Assembly: GCF_000143415.4 (NCBI RefSeq)
Contig: NW_003314308.1
Span: forward strand, 1,158,654 to 1,222,653
Reading direction: 5' to 3'
Length of the DNA: 64,000 nucleotides
Source of the DNA: Selaginella moellendorffii
Lineage: Eukaryota > Plantae > Lycopodiophyta
In this document: positions 1 through 11,050 of the stretch, piece after piece
Numbering within the stretch: the first letter of the stretch is position 1
Layout: each line of letters opens with the position of its first letter
Translations under genes and position numbers: made by a program
Notes under the pieces: generated by a model
The model's input: the letters and a program-made list of their open reading frames with translations, nothing else
Told to the model about the DNA's origin: nothing
Databases searched by the model: none

Positions 1-35
1 TCGGCCGACTCGCATCCATCGCACTGGACTTTCAT
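1..35 (-). CDS. B-box zinc-finger protein (BBX, STO/STH-like), 5' end only; runs off the window
   Basis: ATG at 35 reads MKVQCDGCESA, matching the MKIQCDVCE N-terminus of plant B-box proteins. Confidence 0.75.
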   Translation of the reverse strand, partial: MKVQCDGCESA

Positions 36-1317
36 CTCCCTCCTCCTTGGAACTTGGAAATCTCAAAAAGTTCTTCGATCACCCGCGAGTTTGAAGGAAC
101 TCATGTACAAAGAGGGGTTCTTCGTTTAGAAGGCGGAGAAAGCAAAACAAAACAAGGCGTACCTCAGTTTGTCACTGTTAGTGTGACAGAGCATGCCATG
201 TGCTCATATTACTTGGCTTGCTACTGCGATGCTAGCTAGACTTGTCAAATATCTCCTTCCTCTGCCAAGCTTCTTTAAAACTTTTTTTTGGTAATCGATC
301 AATCGTCTTGGACCAATTCCAATTTCCAAGATTGCTTACCCCATTTCCTGCCCGGAAAAACATTAGGAATATCCAAGCAAGAGAGAAAGCTTACCAACCA
401 TTGTCTGGATGCGTTAATTCTCTAAAGTGACAGCAGCACCAGAAACGCATTCGAAGTCAAGATAAAAACTTTCCACCAAGATCTGGTTGCTTGACTCGAT
501 TGCCTTGCTAACCAAGCAACCATCGATCATCTGGGCCTGCCTTGGTTTAGTTTGATCACAAGAAGACGACGAATGAGAGCTTTACACTCGAAAGCTGGAA
601 TTAAGTAGTAAGCTTTAGCTCGATCCAAAAAGACGATTCTCCTACCGATAGCACGCACCTCGTGGTGTTGTCCCGCTGGACTATTCTCCTGGCAAATCCA
701 TTTCATACTAAGTGGTTCACATGATCTGATTGATCCCAGATTTGTTCTGGCTTCATTGCTTATTCGTGGCCTGGCTGTTGGGTATTGACTCGGTTGGATA
801 AACGACAAGCTTGTGCTTTCCACAATCTGCAGAAACAAAACACCGAAGAATTAGGCCAAACGAGAGGAAAAAGGAAATCCTTACAAATCTTTCATTGCTT
901 GACAGCATCTCTCTCTCTTCTGCTGCTGCACGCGTTTCCAAATGTTCGCCAGTCTCCCGTCGTGGTTCGCAGCACTACGTGGATGCTACAGCAAAACAGA
1001 CCAAAAAAGAAGGAAAGAGTAAAGAAAGTAAATCAAAGCAGCAAACGAAAGTTAGAAATTAGAACGAAAAGCTCAAACAATTGACAGCCTGTGAGTCTGG
1101 TGGTCTGTCTGTCTGCCAGATGAAGATATGTTTTCTCGCTGTTCTTGAGTTGAAATTTTTGAGGCTCCTAACTCTGTGTACTGCACACGCAGCAGCACAC
1201 ACTTATCCAGTTAGTGAGCCGAAATGTCACATAAGTAGCACAACAAAAATCTATATGTAGAAGACGCGTACGATCGTAAAAAGGCAAACCATTTTCTCGA
1301 GCACAAGGTACTGCTGG

Positions 1318-2047
1318 TCAGAATGTGCTGTTCTCTGGTGGTTGCGGAAGCTTTCGGTTGTGCGGCAAAGCCATCTCTCGTTTCAGAGAAATCAATATGT
1401 CTTCCATGGTGTAATCTCGTCGCCAGTTGCTTAGCATGGGGAAGTTCTTGGGATCTATCTGAGAAATCATGACGGGCAAATCAGTGCTTCCCTCAAAGAG
1501 GAGAAGGTAATGGCCATCTTCCGAAACAAAAAGACATAGAAAACTAAAAGAAGAACAACTTACAACGCCATTGTCTTGGGAGACGCAGGTCATGTTGATT
1601 CTCGACATGAATTTCACGCTCGGTGGCTTGTCCGGATACTCCTTGTCGCAAAACAACTTAAGTTGATAGATCCGGCCGTCGTGAATGGACTGCCAGCAAA
1701 CAAGTGTTCTACGCGTCAGAGAAGCACACAAGAAATAAAAAAAGAATACAAGCCACTTGTAGCACGGAGCAAGAACACCGAACGCAAAAATCCAAAGGAA
1801 AAAGAAAAGCTCACATTGCTCGGCCCAAGGATGGTGCCCGTCCAGGAGCGCATGTAAATGTCGTCCGCGTCGTCCATTCCCAAGCTCACCAGTGGATCTC
1901 CCAGCCCTTTCTCCCCTCGCTCCAGTTCATCGAGCAGCCGGAAACTCCTGGGAACTGCGAGCAAGCAACAATCGACCTGACAAATCAAAATCCAAATCGG
2001 AGCTTCTCACCAGTGACCGATGCCGACGCTGCTGCCGATCCCGCCAT
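1318..2047 (-). CDS. UEV1: Ubiquitin-conjugating E2 variant (UEV1/MMS2), 4 exons
   Basis: Spliced [29 protein letters not shown]...WTGTILGP...[14 protein letters not shown]...[13 protein letters not shown]; GT-AG introns. Confidence 0.95.
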
Positions 2048-2219
2048 CGCTCGACTGGAATGCGCCGCGCCCTACGCTCAAGCAAGACGAGGAAGAAGAC
2101 CGGACATGTCCAAAACAGTGGTGCCCTAGACTGCCAAGCCGTGCCCTAGTCCAGGTGCCGTACGTTGGTACCCCTAGGACGGGTTGACTGATTTGTTTGA
2201 CTTTGCTGGTCGTCGCCTT

Positions 2220-3457
2220 TCACTCCGGGGTGACGTAGGCGGCCGTGATGCCGCCATCAACGAGCAAGCTCGCGCCGGTCACAAAGGAGCTCTCGTCCGA
2301 CGCCAAAAACAATGCGGCTCTAGCGATCTCTGCTGCTTTGCCAAATCTTCCCATTGGAATGTGAACGAGCCTGCGATTTCTCTTCTCTTCGGTGTCCAAA
2401 ACCTGGTTAGCCAGCGAGCAATGAGATGATCATAGGAAGAACTCTTCGCTTACCTTCATCAAGAGCTCCGTCTGGATGGGTCCAGGACAAATGGAATTGA
2501 CACGGACCTTGTCACGGGCGTGGAGCACCGCGAGCTCTCGAGTTAGCGACAGTACCGCGCCTTTGCTCGCTGTGTAAGCAATCTGAGCGAGAGATCCATT
2601 AGATAGAAACCATAGAAATTCTTTTACTTTTTCTTAATCTTCTTCTTACTTGTGGTGCTGCTGCGCCTAGAAACGCGACAAAGGAGGCTGTGTTGATGAC
2701 CGAGCCACCACCTGATCTCTGGATCGCGGGGATGCCATATCTACACCCGTAAATAACTCCCTGTGCACGAAAAAGTAGCAAGGGATAAGGTTGGTTGCTT
2801 GATGGAATGCGTGGTGTTGTTATTCGGAAATGGATTACATACCTTGACGTTTATGTCGAGAGTTCGATCAATGACATCGTCTGGTGTGTTGATCGCATCA
2901 CCATCATTCGCGTCCATGATCCCAGCATTATTGAATAGTATGTGGAGACCACCAAACGCTCTCTGGACATTTGGAAACCAACAGAAATCACAGTTAGAAC
3001 ACTCCAGAAATGATCAATAAAAAATCCAGAAAATTTGGCACAAAAATCGAAAGAAGGTACCTCGGTCTCGAGCACCATTTTCTCGACGTCCGAAGGAATC
3101 GAGACATCACCACCGGCGATGGCGAGGCATTTGCCCCCAAATTCTCTCACCGCATCCACGGTTTTTGCCGCCCCGGAGACGCTCTTGTCCACCACAGCCA
3201 CACACGCGCCTNNNNNNNNNNNNNNNNNNNNNNNNNNNNNNNNNNNNNNNNNNNNNNNNNNNNNNNNNNNNNNNNNNNNNNNNNNNNNNNNNNNNNNNNN
3301 NNNNNNNNNNNNNNNNNNNNNNNNNNNNNNNNNNNNNNNNNNNNNNNNNNNNNNNNNNNNNNNNNNNNNNNNNNNNNNNNNNNNNNNNNNNNNNNNNNNN
3401 NNNNNNNNNNNNNGCCCTGCCAAATATTTTGCCGCGACGAAGCGCCGTGAAGAGCAT
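2220..3457 (-). CDS. Short-chain dehydrogenase/reductase of the microbial 3-oxoacyl-ACP-reductase-like group; multi-exon, partly in the N gap; possible mitochondrial presequence
   Basis: NNAG, NTASFVA, YxxxK (YTASK), [12 protein letters not shown]...[31 protein letters not shown]; candidate start [14 protein letters not shown] at 3457. Confidence 0.85.
3212..3413. other. Assembly gap (N run)
   Basis: About 200 Ns. Confidence 1.
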
Positions 3458-4083
3458 TGCAGCGATCGATCAAAATCCACCGCGCGCTATCATCCCGATG
3501 GAGGGAAGAATCGTCTTCTCTTCTTACCTCTCACAGCGCCATCGCCATAGCTTCAATCGATCGAAAACCCCATTTTCCAGGCAAACTTTTTTTCTACTTG
3601 CCAACGTGGCAGCCAGTTTAAATTCTTTTACCCCTTCCAGTACAAACACTTTTCCGTTTAACCCTTTTACCGGTGCTTTCGACACAACCTTGTGCGTGTG
3701 TGGAAAACCTATAATCGTTCCTTCTTCCACTGTAGCGCGCGCGCGAGCGAGCGAGAGTGAGAGAGAGAGAAAGAGCGCTAGGGCAGGGCGGGCGAGGGCG
3801 AAAGGAAGAAAGATTAGAGCGCACAGATTACTTCTCGGCTTGGATCGATCTTGGAGCAGCTGGAATGGCGCGGCATCCTCTGCGCCTCCTGGTGATGAGC
3901 TATAGCGGCTGGATTCGACTCCATATCCACGCATTTTAGAGGTAGCCGGGAGAAGAGGAAGAAGAAGAAGAAGTAGAACAAGGAATCACAGCGCTTCTGT
4001 GCTGCATAGCTAGGGTCATTTTGACGGAGGTATAAGCGAGGTTTTGGGACAAGGAAGGAAACAAGGAAAGGGCCGCGCATTTC

Positions 4084-5120
4084 ATGGCCAAGTCCAAGGT
4101 TGCAAGGAAGGTTGTGGAATCCTACACGATCAGGGGCACTCACAAGGTTGTCAAAGGTAAAGTAGTCAGTGATTGATTGATCGACTGCACAAAAAATCTC
4201 TTTTTGCTTCGCTCGGCTCAAAGTTTTTTGCTTTGCTTCTTCGCAGCTGGGGACACAGTTTTCATGCGTGCTCCCGATCCGGAGAAGCCTTCTTACGTAG
4301 CCAAGATCGAGAGAATCGAAGCTGATGCCAGGAACAACATCAAAGTTAATGTCCGCTGGTACTATCGGCCCGAGGAGTCCATGGGAGGGAGGCGCCAATT
4401 CCATGGAGCTAAAGAGCTGTTTTTGTCCGATCACTTCGACATCCAGAGCGCTGATACGATCGAAGGGAAGTGTACAGTTCACAGCTTCAAGAGCTACACC
4501 AAGTTGGAGAGCGTGGGAAGCGATGATTTCTTCTGCCGATTCGAGTACAAGGCGGCCACAGGCGGCTTTACTCCCGATCGTGTTCCAGTGTAAGTGCTCT
4601 CTCTCTCCCTCTGTCTCTCTGGCGTCTCGTTGACTAGTTGTGTTCTTATCAAGCTTCTCTTTCTTCTCTTGGTCTCGTTGTGTTCTTATCGAACTTCTCC
4701 TGTTCTCGTTGTGTTCGAACTTCTCTTTCTTCTCTTGTGTTCTTACCAAGCGCTTTATTACGTGAAGGTATTGCAAGTGTGAGATGCCATACAATCCGGA
4801 CGATTTGATGGTTCAGTGCGAGTCCTGCAAGGATTGGTAAGTCCTCTTCATCCAAACGAGCAAAGTTTTGATGCAAAATACCTCCTTTGCGTCTCCAGGT
4901 TCCATCCGACCTGCATGAGTCTATCTCCTGACCAAGTCAAGAAGTTGGAATCGTTCCATTGCCCGGAGTGCTCTTCTTCTCCGCCCGACGAGAAGAAAAC
5001 AAAGAAATCTTCTCCTCCACACGAGGCCAAGGTAGAAACACACTCCCCCTGTGCTCTCGTCTATATGACCGCTTTATTTTTTCTCTTTTCCAGAGCGAAC
5101 CAAAGCGCCGGAAGAAATGA
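4084..5120 (+). CDS. EBS: BAH-PHD chromatin reader (EBS/SHL family), 5 exons
   Basis: [18 protein letters not shown]...[28 protein letters not shown]...[28 protein letters not shown]...EPKRRKK*. Confidence 0.93.
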
Positions 5121-5574
5121 AAGGCTCGCTCGGCGATTACTACTTCACACAACGGAGTGATTTTGTCGGCTGATTAAGAGGGTTAGTCCTTGTTTTTGGC
5201 TTGTAAGATAGCTAGTCCTTAGGAGTTAGTGCGCAACACTCCGATGATAACCCTCTCTCTCTCTCTCTGTCCCTCCCCTCTCATCTCTCTCTGGAGTCGG
5301 CCTATATCTGTACCTATTTATCCCAAAGACTGTGAATAGCTTACAGAATTATATGTTAGCAAAGCGACGAAGCCATCTCTTTTCCTGGAGAAGACGAAAC
5401 TTGTGAGAAAATTTCGATAAATTAGCTCATTTTACCTGTGTTTCACTCATCGTCTCAAGTTACTCACTCCAAGCGAGGCGAAGTGGAGCTGGAGATCTGA
5501 AAAAACGAAACTTGTGAGAAAACTTCGATAAAAAAAGCTCATTTTACCTGTGTTCTCTCCATGCCTCTCCCATC

Positions 5575-7684
5575 TCATCGTCTCAAGTTCTCCCACGGAG
5601 GTGCCGGGACGCCGCTGAGGCACAGCTTCTCACACTCGTCTCTCCTAGCCACCACGCTCTCCCAGGCTGCCTCCCAGGCACTCCCGGCGCTGGAAACGCT
5701 TAGCTCAAGCATCCACTGCCGCACTCTTTCATCGTCGCAAGGGGAGAGCTCGCCGTGGATCAAGCTGTGGAAACCAAACATGACGCGCAGCGCGTTGCCA
5801 TCCCCCGATGCAAACCTGTGCATGGCCCCGAAGACGAGCACTGGCTCCGGCATCTCTGGAAGCTCGTCCCGGCCATGGCTTTTCCACCTTGCGTAGTACG
5901 TAGCGTAGCCCCGGAAATACGCACACCGCAGCTGCATTGTCTCCTCCTCGCTCAGCTCCATCTTTCTCATCTCCCTCTCCAGTTCCGAGACGAGCTCCAC
6001 CAGCTTAAAGTTGGCGCCGCCACCCTCCTCGGATCGATTCTCGGCCTGATATCTCGCGGCGATTCCATCCAGCGGTGGCCTCGACTGGAGCAAGCATCTC
6101 TCGCAGTGGAGGCCGATCGAGAGGCAAGAACCCAGGCGCAGCGAGCAGTTGTAGTAGGACTTGAGCAGCTCCTCCCCAGCCTCCAAGTCGCGCGAGGCAA
6201 GGACGAGGATGATACCGCCGCGATGGCACCAGTAGACGTTCGGTGTGCACGAGTGATTGATACAGAACGGCAGCGTGCAGTCGGCATGGTTGTGCGCTAC
6301 CTCCTCGATCAAGGAGATTTGGAGCTCTTCAGTCACTTTGATTCGTGAGTTTGGCCTGAAAGCGTCGATGCGTGCAACTTCTTCCCCCATTGCGACCATT
6401 CTCGATCGAGTCCGTGATGATCCGGCGCAGGCTCTCACCAGCATTGTGATCTTGTCACCCCACTCTCGAGTAAGATGAAGGTTGTCCCAGCTGGGATTGC
6501 TAACGAGAAGAAGCTCCCCTCTTTTCGCGTCTCTGGTGATGAAGAGGCCAATGCCATCCGAATCTACTCGGCTCGGAGCCAGTTCCAGCGGACCGACGAA
6601 GTCTGCCATGGAATGGTCACCTTCCTGTCCAAGCAAGCGTGGAAGATCGAAAACGCCGTTCTCGCTCTGCTCTTTTCTGATGAGGGACTCTTGATACGCT
6701 TTCGTGATCTCTGCCGAGTCGGGGGAGAGCTCCATAGCCTGTTTGAGAACGTCGAACGCAATTGAGTAGTGATGGAGGCCCGTCAAAGCTTGTGCTTTGG
6801 TGAGCCAGCTCGCTGCATGGAAGCTTTCGCAGCAAGCCAGTGCCGCATCGGCGTCAGCGAAAGCCCTGTCATAGTGTTTTAACTGCAGCCACGCTTCAGC
6901 TCGGCTAGACAAAACCTGGAAGAACACAAAGAAAAAGAGGTATTGTCAAAAGAAAGAATTGCAAGGAAAGAACTTACCAGTGCGGATCCCTGGCCTTGAG
7001 CCGCCTGACAGAAACTGGATTAGACACCTCTGGCAACTTCAAGAAATTCCAAACTCACACCCCAATGCTGTTGCTGTAGAGCTCGATCGCTGCTCGAAAG
7101 TTTTTTCGCTCCACCTCTTTGTCTCCCAGCTCTCGCAGCCATGCAGCGTCTCGGCAAGCCATCAGTTCTGGAAAATACGCCACCACCTCAACCAAGGAAG
7201 GGCTCCGGACTTGCATCATTGAGATCATCCGAGAGCTTGGGTCTTTGATCACAACCTCGGCTCCCCTGGGAAAAACTCTCGTCACGTCTTCCTCAGGAAG
7301 TAGAGCGAACGGAACCATCACGCACGAAGCCATCCCTCGCTCGTCCTCGAGAGCAAACACGGCCGTGTTCCGGTGTATCGGCCTCCCACTAAAAATCCAC
7401 GAGAACTTCTTGCTGCTGGCACCGCCTTCCACACACCTGATCGAATCGATGGTGCGGCCACGGACTAATTTCCCCTGGAATCCAGATTCTGAATCCTTGC
7501 CGATCTCTCCAACGCTGCTGCCGCGCGGCATTCCTGCTGGCCCCTTTCCCAGCTCCCCGATTTGCGGCAGCCCCATCAGCTCCATGGTAGCATCAGTCAC
7601 CCGATAGCTCGCGGCACTCGCGAGGCGCCACATACCTGACAGGCAATGCCGCGCATTCTCCCGGAGCGCAAGCAAAAGCTCCAT
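5575..7684 (-). CDS. TPR + SET-domain methyltransferase-like protein, 3 exons
   Basis: TPR (LRELGDKEVERKNFRAAIELYS; SRAEAWLQLKHYDRAFADA) and SET motifs GIGLF, INHSCTPN, ELLKSY; post-SET CERC. Confidence 0.85.
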
Positions 7685-7852
7685 AGCCAATAAACCCTAA
7701 GTACAAGAAAACCCTAATTTTGAAAATGCGCGCGTCTTTGGTTGACTATCTTTGACCTCCTCCCTTTTTGCATTTGTCGGTGGAGCATGCATATAAAAGC
7801 AAGGCCGCATTCTTTCTTTTTTAGGGTTCCCATAGTTTCTCTCTTACTCGAA

Positions 7853-8449
7853 ATGGCTTCGTTCGCAGATGCCCACAGAGATTTCTTTCACTCAATCTTC
7901 AAAGCGTCTTGTAACAAGGCAACAGTCGCAACAGCAGAGCCAGATTTGAGTACAGTTGCAAGAGCGGAGCCAGATTTGAGTCTTACGCTTGGGAGGAGGA
8001 GTTCTTCAAATGTTTTTATTGTGCATGGTAAAGATGAAAAGGATTGGTTGAGACTTGGGGTTCCAAACACTACAGTTTCGTCATTGCCAAGTGTTGCTGC
8101 TTCATCATTGTCAAGTGCTGCTGCTTCATCATTCTCAACATTAACTCCTGAATTAGAAAAGGTAGAGAAATCGTCAAACACAAAACCTCCTTTTCGTGAG
8201 AAGAGAACAAGGATTTCTTCCGACAAAAGCAATGATGAAGCTCCCATGGCATGTATTTTTTGTGGTGGTGCTGCTAGATTTGACTACTACAACAACAAGA
8301 ATGTCAATCAGCCAAGGTTTCGGTGCCTGAAGTGCAAGAAGAAGTTCACTCCAGGCGCAAGTTTGAGGGGAGCACAGCGCAAGAAACTTGCAGAGCTCCA
8401 CAGGATGACTCAACAAGTTTGTAAATTTAACACATCCACCAAAGAATAA
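7853..8449 (+). CDS. Atypical Dof-like zinc-finger protein
   Basis: CIFC-x20-CLKC containing FDYYNN..NQPRF, followed by FTPGASLR (cf. Dof FCYYNNY..QPRYFC...WT.GG.LR). Confidence 0.7.
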   Translation: MASFADAHRDFFHSIFKASCNKATVATAEPDLSTVARAEPDLSLTLGRRSSSNVFIVHGKDEKDWLRLGVPNTTVSSLPSVAASSLSSAAASSFSTLTPELEKVEKSSNTKPPFREKRTRISSDKSNDEAPMACIFCGGAARFDYYNNKNVNQPRFRCLKCKKKFTPGASLRGAQRKKLAELHRMTQQVCKFNTSTKE

Positions 8450-8582
8450 TTTTGTTACCAAAAATCCTTTTTTTTCATGTTCTTGTGGAAGCAGTGATTT
8501 GTAAATACAGAAATATCACCCAAAGAACAATTTTTGTCACAAAAACTCTTTTTTTCTTCTTGTCTTTGATGCTTGGATCAAC

Positions 8583-10724
8583 TCAAGCTCCTCTTCCACC
8601 AGTGACATTATCCATGAGCACATAAGCTGCAGCATCTTGATCATTCAGCTCAACCAGGCGCTCGAACGCAAGCTTCCCGACCACCAAGTTCTTCCACTTG
8701 CAGCACGCCCCTAGAACACTCCTCCACGCCACGGACTCTTTGTAGTAACTGGCAGCCTCCACCGGCATCGACTCCGCCATGGCTACCGCAGCGTCCATCT
8801 TATTCGCACGGGCAAGCGCATCCACCATGACGCTGTAGTGGTCGACCCCGGGAGCTATCCCGTGCTTGGAACTCATCCCCTCGAGGTACTCTCGGGCCTC
8901 CTCCACAAGGCCAGCGTGACTGCAAGCCGTGAGGAGGCACACGAAAGTTGTAGCGTCGGCTTTCACCACAGCTTCGCGTTGCATCCTCTCGAAGAGCGAG
9001 ATGACGAGCTTGCTGTTTCCCTGCCGAGCGTATCCGGCCATGAGCGAGTTCCAGGCGACCAGCTCTCTGGAAGCCACCGCTAGCGAGTCGAACAGCCGCT
9101 GGGAGTGGACGATGCTACCGCTCTTCGCAAAGACGTCGATCAAAGAGTTGGCTAGAACAGCATCCACGGCCTCGAGTCCATACAGCCGGCATGCTAGTGC
9201 ATAGATCGATTTGCCAGAGTCCAAGTTTGCGCAGCTTCCACAGGCCTTGAGAGCAGTAGCAAGAGTCTGGACGTCTAGCCTTGTGATGCCTTGGATCTGG
9301 ATCATTGCTGCAAAGACTTCCAGTCCCTTGTCACCATTGCCACTCTCCACATATCCCAGCACGAGTGAGGTCCACGAGAAGACGTCCGGGGCAGCCATGC
9401 GGTCGAAGACCCGTTGCGCATCCGGCATGCTCCCACACTTTGCGTACATGACGATGAGCGCGTTTCCCATGAGGCAGGAGCTTTGAACGTCTGTGACAGC
9501 TTGAGCTTCTGAGTGAAGTGCCATGCCTCGACTCAAGTATCCCAGAAGCTGATCCTGGTTTCCTTGCTCGTTATCTTTCTCTGCTAGACCCGTCACCGCC
9601 TTGAATGCCGCAACGAATGCAAGCTCGTCCGGTTGACATCGACGAGCCTGCGACTGCATGCACTGAAACAAACTCAGTGCCTTCTCTTCGTGTCCACTGT
9701 CAACATAGCCAAGCATCAGAGAAGTCCACGAGACGACATCACAGTAAAGCATACCTTCGAAAATCTTCTCCGCATCGTCAATGCTTCCACATCTGATGTA
9801 GCAATTCACGAGAGTGCTGGCCACGAAGATGTCCGAAAGGAAACCACTCTTGGCAGCTTGAGAGTGAAGAGCCACGCACTTGCCAAGCGACAAAACCTTG
9901 TTGTCCGAAAGGCTCGAGCAGGCTTTCAACGCAGCAACAAAGGACAGACCATCCGGTTCTACGCGTGCTTCCACCATCCTCCCAAACAAGTCGAGGCAAA
10001 GATCCGGCTCCCCGTTCTCGACGTAGCCCAGCATCATCGCATTCCAAGCCGCTAAGTCACGCAGCTCCATTCTCTCAAACACCCTGCGAGCGTCCACAGT
10101 GCTCCCACACCTCGCATACATGCTGATCAGCGAGCAAGCTACGTGCTTTTGCCTGTCGAAACCATACCTCCCAGCGTGAGAATGGACACAAGCTCCTCTC
10201 TCCAATGCCGCCACCTTGACGAGCTTTCCATGATCAAAGCTTTTGCCCTCTTCCCTCACAGCCAAGCCGGAGCAAGCCTTGACAGCAGCCACGAAAGTCC
10301 GAGCGTCAGGAGCTACTCGTGAGTCCTCCATCCGCGCCAAGAGATTTAAAGCCATGGCATTCTCCCCGTTCTCCACACACCCCGCCATCAAAACCGTCCA
10401 GGAAACTGTGGTGTGATGCGCCATTCTCTCGAAAGCTCGCCTCGCTTCCACCAAGCTCCCACATTTCCCATACATGTCCACCACTGTATTCGCCACCGCG
10501 ACGTTTGCATCGTCTCCTCTCTCGCTGATCCCCGCGTGGAGCACTCTCCCCCTTCTCAAATCCCTGTCCCTGCCGCAGGCCTTGAGCGCCGCAATAAGAC
10601 CCGCTATGTCGCTTGGCGATGATCTCTCCCTCGTGATTTCCCCACAATCCACTGTAGGCCCGAGCGCCGGCTTCCTGGTGATGGATCGAGGCCGCAAGAT
10701 CCTGAGAGCCAGGCACCCGGGCAT
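8583..10724 (-). CDS. PLS-class PPR protein with E-type C-terminus (long-loop variant)
   Basis: Repeated MYxKCGS..DA.RVF / VSW..L..GY motifs; C-terminal HYSVMVDALARA..W..VLGAC. Confidence 0.93.
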   Translation of the reverse strand: MPGCLALRILRPRSITRKPALGPTVDCGEITRERSSPSDIAGLIAALKACGRDRDLRRGRVLHAGISERGDDANVAVANTVVDMYGKCGSLVEARRAFERMAHHTTVSWTVLMAGCVENGENAMALNLLARMEDSRVAPDARTFVAAVKACSGLAVREEGKSFDHGKLVKVAALERGACVHSHAGRYGFDRQKHVACSLISMYARCGSTVDARRVFERMELRDLAAWNAMMLGYVENGEPDLCLDLFGRMVEARVEPDGLSFVAALKACSSLSDNKVLSLGKCVALHSQAAKSGFLSDIFVASTLVNCYIRCGSIDDAEKIFEGMLYCDVVSWTSLMLGYVDSGHEEKALSLFQCMQSQARRCQPDELAFVAAFKAVTGLAEKDNEQGNQDQLLGYLSRGMALHSEAQAVTDVQSSCLMGNALIVMYAKCGSMPDAQRVFDRMAAPDVFSWTSLVLGYVESGNGDKGLEVFAAMIQIQGITRLDVQTLATALKACGSCANLDSGKSIYALACRLYGLEAVDAVLANSLIDVFAKSGSIVHSQRLFDSLAVASRELVAWNSLMAGYARQGNSKLVISLFERMQREAVVKADATTFVCLLTACSHAGLVEEAREYLEGMSSKHGIAPGVDHYSVMVDALARANKMDAAVAMAESMPVEAASYYKESVAWRSVLGACCKWKNLVVGKLAFERLVELNDQDAAAYVLMDNVTGGRGA

Positions 10725-10992
10725 TCCATCGCTCTCAACCTATTTCTCCTCAAAACCCTAGATCTTTTTAGGGTTCTTGAAAGAAACCCTAATTCCTCAT
10801 CCTTCCTAACTGCCACAAGAAACTTGCCTTGATAGATACATTGCATACTGTTCTAATTTCCACCCTCAACCACCCTCTGTGGACGTTTCATCTACAAAGT
10901 TGAAAAGGCTTACACCAAACCCTGCTACTGCTGTTGCTAATGCTGCTGTATGGCTCTCCAAATTGCGCCTAGTCCTGTAGGAGGAGGTGAAA

Positions 10993-11050
10993 TTGTCACG
11001 TGGCGCCAAATACCTCCTTGTCACGTGGTGCCAAATTCTTGTCACGTGGC
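10993..11050. promoter_or_regulatory. Three tandem G-box/ABRE elements (TTGTCACGTGG x3)
   Basis: Exact 11-mer at about 10993, 11018 and 11039, between the divergent PPR and ICL genes. Confidence 0.55.

Noticed and set aside
898-925. miR156/529-like CTCTCTCTCTTCTG
   Set aside because: Only the CT-microsatellite core matches; flanks mismatch and there is no hairpin
4620-4750. Repeats in EBS intron (GTGTTCTTATC..CTTCTC)
   Set aside because: Simple slippage-derived pyrimidine repeats
3814-4794. 326-aa minus-strand ORF
   Set aside because: Antisense to EBS exons and introns; no recognisable domain
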